A DNA stretch of 48,863 nucleotides. It comes from a virus. Its lineage: Duplodnaviria; Heunggongvirae; Uroviricota; Caudoviricetes. The position numbers and the translations under genes were made by a program. Each line of letters opens with the position of its first letter. Within the stretch, counting starts at the first letter, position 1. Shown piece after piece: positions 1 to 8,209 of this stretch. The notes under the pieces are model-generated. The model did no database searches and was not told the origin of the DNA. It was given only the letters and a program-made list of their open reading frames with translations. The stretch lies in the IMG/VR virus record IMGVR_UViG_3300043009_000101. One strand, given 5' to 3'.

Positions 1-127
1 TCTCTGCCTTAATTTAGCTATGGCTAGGTTTGTCTCTGCCTTAATTTAGCTATGGCTAGGTTTGTCTCTGCCTTAATTTAGCTATGGCTAGGTTTGTCTC
101 TGCCTTAATTTAGCTATGGCTAGGTTT
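1..127. repeat. 32-bp tandem repeat (TCTCTGCCTTAATTTAGCTATGGCTAGGTTTG), about 4 copies, truncated by the window start
   Basis: Identical units start at 1, 33, 65 and 97, followed by degenerate TAGGTTTAGCTA remnants to about 150. Confidence 0.95.
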
Positions 128-156
128 AGCTATGAATAGGTTTAGCTACCTACACC

Positions 157-206
157 GATAGGCGAGCGGTCAGCAGAACGAAGTGATGCTAGGTTGCTCG
201 CCTATC
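157..206. other. Long hairpin in non-coding DNA
   Basis: Perfect 11-bp arms GATAGGCGAGC (157-167) / GCTCGCCTATC (196-206) plus inner AGCA/TGCT pairing; the core is shared with the hairpin at 37802-37845. Confidence 0.7.
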
Positions 207-339
207 TTATCTAGTTTAATAAAAACTTCGCCAAGACAAAGCAGCCAAAGAAATTTGCAACAAAACATATTGTGCCAATAGGCACAGGTTCTTGCTGGTT
301 GTAGACAATTTGTGGCAATCGGTTTCTGGGCGAAGATTA

Positions 340-389
340 AATTGGAATTGGAATTGGAATTGGAATTGGAATTGGAATTGGAATTGGAA
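340..389. repeat. Hexanucleotide microsatellite (AATTGG)8
   Basis: Eight perfect copies at 340-387 in non-coding DNA. Confidence 0.95.
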
Positions 390-758
390 AGATGGATGCA
401 GCAATTTCTGGTCTAAGAAGTTGGGAAGTTTAGAGAAAAATCGAAAAAAGTCTGCGAGGGTGTGGTGCAGACTGGTTGGAAAAGTGTGATTTGGGTGCAG
501 AAATAGAGTTTTTGAGAAGGAAATCTGAGTGTAGTTATTCCTTCTGTTAGGCCTAGTTATCATCTTTTATAGGGTTTTTCCTTAGAAAAATTGGGTGGTG
601 GAAGATTTTGATGCACACGAAGATGTGCAGATATATATCTAATATTAGATAGGGCTGAGCAAACAAAATACCCAAGGAAGTAGTTCAAGCGGGAGGCGGA
701 TAGGTAAGAGGATAGGCAGAAGGGATGACGGCGAAAAGAAGACGAGCTGAAAATGAGC

Positions 759-784
759 AAAAGAAAAGCCAGCGGGAACTGGCT
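759..784 (-). terminator. Probable intrinsic terminator of 783..1328
   Basis: AGCCAG/CTGGCT stem followed by TTTTCTTTT on the minus strand, overlapping the stop codon. Confidence 0.6.
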
Positions 785-1328
785 AGTCGTAATATTCAAT
801 TACATCAATGTATTTGCCTTTAAGATTTTTCTTGTGAACTCCATCGTAGGCTTGATAATAGAACCAATTTCCACGAATTTCCCCGTCTACCTCGAATTCA
901 CAAGGTTTTGGATGTGCTCTTGTGCCTTCCCATTCCGTAATACTGCAACGAACATGACGAACGGGTTCAGGTGTGGATTTGTTCGCTTTATTTCTTGCTC
1001 TTGCTTCTTTGGAACGGTCAATCAGCTGGTCAAGTAAAGAATAAGTCAGGTTAGCAATAGATTCTTCATCGAGGGAATAGAAAACCGTTTCGTTGTAATA
1101 TTTGCCTGTATGATGCCAAGATGTTTGTTCAAGGAAATAGGTTTGCAAGATATTGAGGTTGACTTGATTTAATTTAGATGTGGGAATATCTGGGCGGGCA
1201 TCTGTGATAGCTTCGACAAGAATAGATTTCGTCCACTTGCTCTTTGGCATCTCACCTGTTTCATAAGCAAGAACAGCACGATTGCTCATACTGTAGCCAG
1301 AGTACCCGGAGTTTGCATTGTATGACAT
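783..1328 (-). CDS. Hypothetical protein (phage/mobile-element-like)
   Basis: 181-aa ORF with a GGAG RBS upstream and a downstream terminator; no catalytic motif recognised. Confidence 0.8.
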   Translation of the reverse strand: MSYNANSGYSGYSMSNRAVLAYETGEMPKSKWTKSILVEAITDARPDIPTSKLNQVNLNILQTYFLEQTSWHHTGKYYNETVFYSLDEESIANLTYSLLDQLIDRSKEARARNKANKSTPEPVRHVRCSITEWEGTRAHPKPCEFEVDGEIRGNWFYYQAYDGVHKKNLKGKYIDVIEYYD

Positions 1329-1330
1329 AG

Positions 1331-1624
1331 TTATTTGTATTCTCCTTTGATTGTTAAGAAAGGGTTTGCTTTAATATCTGATGATTGCAGATTAGGAATT
1401 GCATCATAAATTACTAGTGGGGAAACATCTTGGTAGCGAGTAGCAGCTTCAGCTATCATTAGTTGGAATTTGGGGTCATCTTCTAACTGGTAGCTGTCTA
1501 ATGTGTTTCCTTGGTATAAATAGTCGAGTAATAAGGTTTGAGTGATACAATCTCTGCACGTAAGACAGTTGGAATAGAATGTCTGTACATTTGTAAATGT
1601 TGACTGTTGGTTAATCACTATCAT
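1331..1624 (-). CDS. Hypothetical protein
   Basis: 97-aa ORF, AAAGGA RBS, 2-bp gap to the next gene. Confidence 0.7.
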   Translation of the reverse strand: MIVINQQSTFTNVQTFYSNCLTCRDCITQTLLLDYLYQGNTLDSYQLEDDPKFQLMIAEAATRYQDVSPLVIYDAIPNLQSSDIKANPFLTIKGEYK

Positions 1625-1886
1625 AGTAGTTCCTTTCTGACTGGCAGCCCTTTCGTAATTTATAAAGGATTTGGGGAAGGACTACCGAAAAATGTAAATA
1701 GGTCTAGTGTAGCTTTGGGGAAAGCTGGTATATTTTTAGTAGAAGTGGTGTTGCTTACTTCTGCTTACAGTATAATATATAAAAAACTATTTGTCTATAC
1801 TTTTTGTATGTAAAAAACCTCATATTATAGTAAATATGAGGTTTAATATTATATACTAAATGAATACTGGGGAGTGAGTGGCATGC

Positions 1887-2930
1887 CTAAGAAATTAGAA
1901 CAGCACAGGCATAAGCACCTAAATCATAATACCCGATATAGATACCTTTCGCTTCGGCAAGTTCAATAATTGGTGCTGCTTGCTCTTTATAGTTAGGATT
2001 GACAATCACTAAGGTTGGCAATCTCCTAAGAATAGCACGGAAAGATTCACCTATACCGAGCTTGATTCGTTCGATATCTCTTACGGGAATGTATTGATAC
2101 AGTAAATTCAAAGCATGGGGAACAGCAGTAAAATTCTGTTCTTCTTTTGTTTTTACAGGCAAAGCTAACGGAAAATGTTGGGTAATCTCATCTAAAAAGA
2201 AATTCGTTTGGTCTTGAAAGGCGAGTTCTTCCCAGATTACTGCTCCGTGTTGACGGTGGGTTTCTAATGTAACCGTTCTGCTAACTAATCCGCTTACAGT
2301 AGCATTCAGGCAAGCACTAGGAATACAAATATCTCGCTTTGTCGCAGCCATATCTGCTGTATGTGCTGGGTCAGAAATGACTGCAAGATGTGTTGTAATA
2401 TGGGTATTGCGAGAAGCATTATATACGGTAACAGAGGACATTAAAGTATGTCCGATACCGCCTTTTCCAGTCCAAGCATCTATGAAAACAATTCGTTGGT
2501 CTGCATTTTTATGGTGAGCACAGATATAGTCTAATGCTTCAAAATCAATGCCCTCGTTGCGAATGATAGATACACTGTAATGTGGACAGTCTATTTGGAA
2601 TTTGAATTTCAGATATCGTTTTATCAATGCACCAATAGGTGTGCCAGCTCTTGCCAGAGAAACAATAATTGGATTTTCATAAGTATCGTGAATAGCCATA
2701 GACAAGGTAGCGATATAATTGGCTAAATCTTGTCCGTAACGAGATGTGAGGGTGTGGAATAGGTCTAGTTGCTTCGGGGAAGGAATTGCTTCTTGTCCGA
2801 GAACTTCTCCGTAAGAGTACCCTGCATGGATGCGGGCTTCTTTTTCTTCTTGGCTGACTATGGTGATTTCGTTGCTGAAATCTTCAAGCAGATATATACA
2901 ATCTTCTGGTGAAAAGGTGGATTCTATCAT
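1887..2930 (-). CDS. StiP-family cysteine protease-like protein with C-terminal PELOTA_1 domain (ter-associated cluster)
   Basis: Motifs VSLARAGTPIG, HYSVSIIR, FIDAWTGKG and C-terminal IKLGIGESFRAILRR. Start placed at ATG 2930 (ATGA overlap with the upstream stop) rather than 2957. Confidence 0.85.
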   Translation of the reverse strand: MIESTFSPEDCIYLLEDFSNEITIVSQEEKEARIHAGYSYGEVLGQEAIPSPKQLDLFHTLTSRYGQDLANYIATLSMAIHDTYENPIIVSLARAGTPIGALIKRYLKFKFQIDCPHYSVSIIRNEGIDFEALDYICAHHKNADQRIVFIDAWTGKGGIGHTLMSSVTVYNASRNTHITTHLAVISDPAHTADMAATKRDICIPSACLNATVSGLVSRTVTLETHRQHGAVIWEELAFQDQTNFFLDEITQHFPLALPVKTKEEQNFTAVPHALNLLYQYIPVRDIERIKLGIGESFRAILRRLPTLVIVNPNYKEQAAPIIELAEAKGIYIGYYDLGAYACAVLIS

Positions 2931-4114
2931 AAAACGAACTCCAGCATATGCGGGCAAAGAGCTAGATTCAACGGAAACTCTGTAAGGAGCAAGACTAAAT
3001 CGTAGTGCAAGGTGTCTTCCTGATTGTAGAGATGATAAGTTGCCTGAGTGTGTGGGTCTGTGTAAATCACTTCATCTTTGATAATTACACCATCACAATA
3101 AATTGGGCTTCTAGTGGTTGTTCTAAAATCTACATCAAGAGATTCCGATTGCAGATAAGCAGCAATACGGGAAGGTATATACATAGTTTCACCATGTCCG
3201 AGTACAAGAATCTTATGCTCATAGGCGAGATGCGGGCGGATTTTATTGGCTGCGGATTGGGCAAGTTTTTCTAGTTGCTTGATATCTTGGTAGTGCATAC
3301 CAAATCTGCCTGTGTGCTTTAAGTATAACTCACCATTCTTATAGCGTGGAAATAGATTTAATGCAAGTGGTGGGATAGGATTCGTTGCAGTGATTGGTGT
3401 AGAATCTTGGTTGTGTAAAATAACTGTTGGTTTCTGTGTATGGGAAAGAATTTCATCATCTGCATATAAGGAATAAACATGAATATGAATACCGTATGTG
3501 GCTGCATAGTGGTAATATCTTTGAATATCTTCCTTGCTGCGATTATCCATAATGGTTAAGATACTATACTCTCTGATGTTGGAGTTAGCACGGAGATTTG
3601 TAATTATATTTAAAAGAGAATGGCCTGTGCTAATTTCATCATCTACAAGAATAACTTCTTTAAACTTGTCTATCTCGACAAAATCGGAATAAAGAGTGTG
3701 GGTTGTAGCATGGCTGTGCTCTTCTTCAAATGTAAGCAGAGGAAGAACTTTTTTTACAGGTTCTCTTGTAGTATGAATATACACAGAACCGTCTATGGCA
3801 GATGCAACGGCTAAACCTAATGCAGTTGCTGTTTCGCAGAAGCCAATTACTAATGGTGGTGTATCTGTGGGAAAGGCTTGTAGCTTATAATTTGGTGCAG
3901 CATCATCGAAAATAGTATGTATGGAAAGCATTGGGTTGAACGGATACTTCAAAGAAGCAAGAAGATACCCTGTGGCTTTCACAGTTTCTGGTTTAACTGG
4001 AAGATGCTTACCTAGAAGCTTAGATATAAAGAGGAAATCACGATTCGGATTATCTACTCGCTTTCCCATGGTATAAATATCATCTGGGTTTAGATTGTAT
4101 GGGTTTTTTATCAT
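2927..4114 (-). CDS. Phosphoribosyltransferase (PRTase_2) with C-terminal TRSP domain (ter-associated cluster)
   Basis: NPNRDFLFISKLLGKH, GFCETATALG, PRPP-binding VILVDDEISTG, and TRSP-like LGHGETMY...TTTRSP. Confidence 0.85.
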   Translation of the reverse strand: MIKNPYNLNPDDIYTMGKRVDNPNRDFLFISKLLGKHLPVKPETVKATGYLLASLKYPFNPMLSIHTIFDDAAPNYKLQAFPTDTPPLVIGFCETATALGLAVASAIDGSVYIHTTREPVKKVLPLLTFEEEHSHATTHTLYSDFVEIDKFKEVILVDDEISTGHSLLNIITNLRANSNIREYSILTIMDNRSKEDIQRYYHYAATYGIHIHVYSLYADDEILSHTQKPTVILHNQDSTPITATNPIPPLALNLFPRYKNGELYLKHTGRFGMHYQDIKQLEKLAQSAANKIRPHLAYEHKILVLGHGETMYIPSRIAAYLQSESLDVDFRTTTRSPIYCDGVIIKDEVIYTDPHTQATYHLYNQEDTLHYDLVLLLTEFPLNLALCPHMLEFVL

Positions 4115-4170
4115 AAGAATTACCTTTTCTCTTTCTTAATAATGGTTGTAGCAGTGTTGGAAAAATTGAA

Positions 4171-5241
4171 TTATAAAGTATGCACATCTATGGATTCATC
4201 AGCAACACCGAAAACTTCTGCTTTGGCTAAAATCTTCTTAGCCCATGCAAGATGTGGGGAAACTTCGCACATCTGATTGGCGGATGTGCTTTTGAAAACA
4301 CCTGTTGCAGATTTTTCAGCAGCTTCTACGATGGACTTAGCATCTTTATACTCAGCATAAGATACGATAAATCGTTTACTAACGGGATTGATTTGTGAAG
4401 GGTGGATAATTGTTTTACCGTGAAAGCCGTTTTGAATATCTAAATCAAGTTCTTTGAGCAAGCCTTGAATTTCTGGTGAGTTAACAGACCACGAAAAGTA
4501 CTCCCAGACTGGTCCAGAGATTACATACCCTTGTGGAGTGCGGGAAAAGTAATTCAGAATGTCGGTTAAGGCATCGCTGACAACTTTTATGTCATAAATG
4601 GTCGTGGTCATACTTCTTCGTAAGCCATAAAGGGAAGAAAAATCTGTGCCACCAACTCGTAAGCCTAATATGTAGGAGTTGTATTGTTCGAAAATATGGC
4701 TTAGTTTTTCAAGCTCTTGTAGGCGGGTTTCTTTATACATCACTTGTGCATCTTCCAGTATAGGTAATCCGTAAAGTACAGAATTGGTAGAAATAGATAA
4801 CTGCTTTAAAGTTTCAAAGTAAGAGACAGCATTGGTACTGTTGCATTTTGGAAAATTAAAACCAGTCAAATATCTCAAATGCTTGGGTGTTAGCTTCTTG
4901 GCGAAGGCTTGAAACTGCTGAGGAGTTCTGACTCGTATAAAAAGAAGTGGAAGTTCTTCTGGATTGATATTTTTTTCGGCTAATTTGTTGAGAAGATACA
5001 ATGTTGTTATTTCTGCTTCGAGAACATCTTGCTCTTCGATAGCATCTTCCATGCATAGAGTTAAAGCACCCAAGTTAGTATACTTCTGCGTAACTAATTT
5101 TCTAAATATTTGTCTATTCGTAGCTGGGCAGTACATATTAGCACCGAGTGCATATTGTAGAATCTGCTTAGGTGTATCTTTTGTTATGGGAATTGGCTCC
5201 TTATAAAATTTCAATTTGTCAATGTCTTGAAAGTGCTGCAT
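4171..5241 (-). CDS. HpcH/HpaI aldolase / citrate lyase-beta family protein (ter-associated cluster)
   Basis: LGANMYCPAT, CMEDAI, RVGGTDFSSLYGLRR, SGPVWEYF, GKTIIHPSQI; RBS GAGGT. Confidence 0.85.
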   Translation of the reverse strand: MQHFQDIDKLKFYKEPIPITKDTPKQILQYALGANMYCPATNRQIFRKLVTQKYTNLGALTLCMEDAIEEQDVLEAEITTLYLLNKLAEKNINPEELPLLFIRVRTPQQFQAFAKKLTPKHLRYLTGFNFPKCNSTNAVSYFETLKQLSISTNSVLYGLPILEDAQVMYKETRLQELEKLSHIFEQYNSYILGLRVGGTDFSSLYGLRRSMTTTIYDIKVVSDALTDILNYFSRTPQGYVISGPVWEYFSWSVNSPEIQGLLKELDLDIQNGFHGKTIIHPSQINPVSKRFIVSYAEYKDAKSIVEAAEKSATGVFKSTSANQMCEVSPHLAWAKKILAKAEVFGVADESIDVHTL

Positions 5242-5333
5242 TTTTGTACCTCGTGTAAGATATATAGCGATTTTTCATAATTTTAAGCTGTGTACATAAA
5301 TTTAAGTTAATATTAGCACATAATAAAGGTATA

Positions 5334-5364
5334 AAAAATAACGGTGCTATGCACCGTTATTTTT
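5334..5364 (-). terminator. Intrinsic terminator (possibly bidirectional) closing the mini-CRISPR transcript
   Basis: Perfect 14-bp inverted repeat AAAAATAACGGTGC / GCACCGTTATTTTT with a 3-nt loop and T-tracts on both strands. Confidence 0.8.
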
Positions 5365-5389
5365 ATGTAAAGTGGAAACAAAAATCTGT

Positions 5390-5480
5390 GGAAACCAACC
5401 CCGCCCGTGCGGGGCAAACTCTTCAGGATTAATATTCTTTTCTGCGAGTTTGGAAACATCCCCGCCCGTGCGGGGCTCAC
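5390..5480 (-). CRISPR. Orphan type I-E-like CRISPR mini-array (repeat-spacer-repeat)
   Basis: Minus-strand repeats GTGAGCCCCGCACGGGCGGGGATGTTTCC (5480-5452, 29 nt) and GTTTGCCCCGCACGGGCGGGGTTGGTTTCC (5419-5390, 30 nt) share the CCCCGC..GCGGGG hairpin typical of type I-E. Spacer 5420-5451 is 32 nt. No cas genes in the window. Confidence 0.88.
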
Positions 5481-5535
5481 TTGTGTGTTTCCACTCAAGC
5501 ACCTCAATATATAATGCTTTTCCTTGTATGAATAT

Positions 5536-5563
5536 AGTATACCACTAAAATTACAATATGCAA
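5536..5563 (-). promoter_or_regulatory. SigmaA-type promoter upstream of the mini-array
   Basis: Minus strand TTGCAT-16 nt-TATACT with an extended -10 (TGgTATACT), about 55 bp upstream of the first repeat. Confidence 0.65.
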
Positions 5564-5692
5564 GAAAAAATTAAAAAATTCTCATAGCTATAAATATGAA
5601 AATGCCTTTTGCAGTATAAAATTTCTAAAATACTATACAATATAGATAAATTATTCTATACTATATATGAAGATATGAGGAGGATTAGTAAA

Positions 5693-5890
5693 ATGTATCA
5701 TATTGAATTTAAATACAAGGATAGTTGGAGCAGAGGTGCATGGCAACAGCAGGAATGCTTCGTTTCTTCTGTGCAGCAGTGTATAGATATTTACGGTCTT
5801 GGTATAGATTGCGACTACAAAATTTTACGAGTAGAAACAGAAGAAGAATACTATGAGCGAATGGCTCGGGAAAGAGAAAAGCAGATGTAA
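5693..5890 (+). CDS. Small hypothetical protein
   Basis: GAGGAGG RBS before ATG 5693 (MYHIEFKYKD...); the upstream extension in the ORF track is AT-rich promoter-like DNA. Confidence 0.75.
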   Translation: MYHIEFKYKDSWSRGAWQQQECFVSSVQQCIDIYGLGIDCDYKILRVETEEEYYERMAREREKQM

Positions 5891-5924
5891 AACATCTGCT
5901 TTTATTTTTTGTGGTAAGAGAATA

Positions 5925-6638
5925 TTACTCTTTATTTTCATACTTTTCGAGAAGTGCATCAAAAAGCATGTGTTCAGCTGCATTTTCTGAAATTTCGGTG
6001 ATGGCATACCCGACTTCTTTTTCGAGCTTGTCTAATGCATCATCTACATCTTTGACAAGTGTACGGGTGCATTTATATGCTTCGCAAAGGAAACGAGGGA
6101 AATCTTCTTTGTCTAAAATGTCATCTAAGGCAGCACGGGTCATCGTTTGTGCAAGTTGTGTTTCATAGGTTTGTACCCAGTCTGGATGTGTGGCTGTAAA
6201 GTAAGCAACAAATAGTTCCCAAATCTTATCATCGTGTTTTGTTTTTTCAAGTTTTCTCTCATCATCAAAAAAGTTATTAGCTTTTAAAATTTCCATATAA
6301 GCAAGATTCTCTTCTTTCTTTGCTTGGAATCGCTGGATTTGCTTGTCTAAATACTTATCTTCTTCCATACAGCCAGCGAAAATATTTTTCACTCTCGATT
6401 CACGGTAGTCGATGTCAAGCAAGGCAGTTTCCTTGCTAAAAATTTCGGTATGAATAGATGCTACAATTTGTTCAATCATATTAGATGCGAACTCCCTTTC
6501 TGTATTGTGTAGGTAGTTTGTCTTAGAAAAGACAACACAAAACTCTCTCTTTTGAATTAGTTTAGCATAAATGCAGACTAGATACAAAAAAAAGGCTAGG
6601 CAGTATGACAGTTGACCTAGCCCAATGATAAGGAGCAT
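5925..6638 (-). CDS. Hypothetical helical protein (true start probably downstream of 6638)
   Basis: Long ORF with a charged helical body; the annotated N-terminus runs through a hairpin and is doubtful. Confidence 0.7.
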   Translation of the reverse strand: MLLIIGLGQLSYCLAFFLYLVCIYAKLIQKREFCVVFSKTNYLHNTEREFASNMIEQIVASIHTEIFSKETALLDIDYRESRVKNIFAGCMEEDKYLDKQIQRFQAKKEENLAYMEILKANNFFDDERKLEKTKHDDKIWELFVAYFTATHPDWVQTYETQLAQTMTRAALDDILDKEDFPRFLCEAYKCTRTLVKDVDDALDKLEKEVGYAITEISENAAEHMLFDALLEKYENKE

Positions 6639-6783
6639 GCGAGGTTTTTACCTCGCACATTTATGTTATCACAGAACTATGTCATTTGCAACACGAAAAG
6701 CGAAAAATTTAAAAAATACCCAAATGATTACATATTGAACAGAAACTAAGGAAAAAGATATAATGTATATAGTATAGTGCCAT

Positions 6784-7212
6784 TTGAATATGGTAGAAAG
6801 GGAGCCTAAACCTATGGGTTATTATTCTTACTTTGATGTTTCTGTGTATGCTAATCCTGAGCAAGTACCCGCTAGGGATATACTGGTATGGATTCAAAAT
6901 CGCATGAAAGCTGACCGCAACTTCTTTTACCCGTTCGAGTATGTAGTGCAAGATTTACTCTCGCCTGAATCGGCGGAGTATTTGGCGGAGCACCCGTACT
7001 ATTTCCGATTGAGTGAAGAAGAGGAATTTAAATGGTATGCTGCATATAGAGAAATGCAAGAATTGTCAGAAGCCTTTCCTAGTGTTGTGTTTAAACTGAA
7101 TCGAAGCGGAGAGATGCCTGATGATAACTTTGATAGTTACTTTAAGGCGGGACAAAAGAAAGAATTTGACGGTACAATTCCTCTGCTGCGAGCGGAAGAT
7201 ATGTTTTTGTAG
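6784..7212 (+). CDS. Hypothetical protein
   Basis: 142-aa ORF (possible start at the internal MGYYS after AGGGAG), followed by a terminator. Confidence 0.75.
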   Translation: MNMVEREPKPMGYYSYFDVSVYANPEQVPARDILVWIQNRMKADRNFFYPFEYVVQDLLSPESAEYLAEHPYYFRLSEEEEFKWYAAYREMQELSEAFPSVVFKLNRSGEMPDDNFDSYFKAGQKKEFDGTIPLLRAEDMFL

Positions 7213-7247
7213 GAAATTTGCTTGTAGAGAGGAAAAAGAAAAAAAGA

Positions 7248-7278
7248 AAAAAGCCTGTTGTTCGGAGACAGGCTTTTT
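7248..7278 (+). terminator. Intrinsic terminator
   Basis: AAAAAGCCTGT / ACAGGCTTTTT inverted repeat downstream of 6784..7212. Confidence 0.7.
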
Positions 7279-7533
7279 CCTTTCTAGCTTTGTTGTTTGA
7301 AAACTGAGAGCACAAGCATCGGCAGTATGCTTGCGATAAAGAAATGAGAAGTATATGCTGCTCAAAGCCGTTTGTTAGGCTTTGCAATACTATAATAGCA
7401 CAAATTATACAGAAAACAATAGGTAAATTTAAGTAATAATTACATTGAAAGTGCTTTAAATTACAAGATATAAAAGATGTAGAACAAAAGGTGTGAGTGG
7501 GGGAGGAATAGATAATTGTATGTAAAAAGCCAG

Positions 7534-8097
7534 CTAGTTCGCTGGCTTTTCTGTTGGATTCGTATAAGGAAGATTGAAGCATATCTTGTACTTCACAAGT
7601 TTGCCTTTGGGTGTATCTTTTTTCTGCTGAATTCTGGATTCCAAACTTTCGACATAATTGGCTACATTTAGATATTTGGTATGCTCTGTGGCAGTCATAA
7701 GTGGAGTTTTACATAAAGAGCATTTGCGATTATTAAGCATTTCCTTTGTGATTTGCTTGCCACAATGCGGGCATACCGTGTATCTGTCATAATACCCTCG
7801 CAACTTCTTCGTATAGGAGCTATGCCGCTTTTTCAGTTGTTTGACATCATAACTGTACTCATAAAAAGGTACAACTACACCGACACCTTCTTTGCCTAGC
7901 TTCGTGGCTTCTTCTTGGGCATATTTTGTAGCTTGTTCCTCGGATTCGCATATATAATCGGTTTCTACTATATCTACTTTAGCTGGATGACCTGTGGCTT
8001 CTTGCAGCTGCTTCGCCATTTTCTTACACATGGAAGATAAAGCACCAGATGTTGCTTTGCTTTCCACAAGTGTTGTTTCGTAAGTTAGAGTTTGCAT
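7534..8097 (-). CDS. Zinc-ribbon-containing hypothetical protein
   Basis: CPHCG...CSLCK pair of CxxC motifs; GGCGGGG RBS-like sequence upstream. Confidence 0.75.
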   Translation of the reverse strand: MQTLTYETTLVESKATSGALSSMCKKMAKQLQEATGHPAKVDIVETDYICESEEQATKYAQEEATKLGKEGVGVVVPFYEYSYDVKQLKKRHSSYTKKLRGYYDRYTVCPHCGKQITKEMLNNRKCSLCKTPLMTATEHTKYLNVANYVESLESRIQQKKDTPKGKLVKYKICFNLPYTNPTEKPAN

Positions 8098-8209
8098 ATA
8101 TTCCCCGCCTTTTCTTGCTGTTGATACTCTTGTTACTCTCTAGGGTTTACAAGTATATTGTAATGAAAAACCGCTTTTTTGCAAGTTTTTTAGTATGAAA
8201 AGAAAGCAC

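Noticed and set aside
216-563. ORFs 216..563 (FQFQ...) and 292..489 (NWNW...)
   Set aside because: Artefacts of the stop-free (AATTGG)8 microsatellite; no RBS or protein-like composition.
5313-5507. 64-aa ORF MRCLSGNTQVSPARAGMFP...
   Set aside because: It is the translation of the CRISPR repeats and spacer and runs through the terminator.
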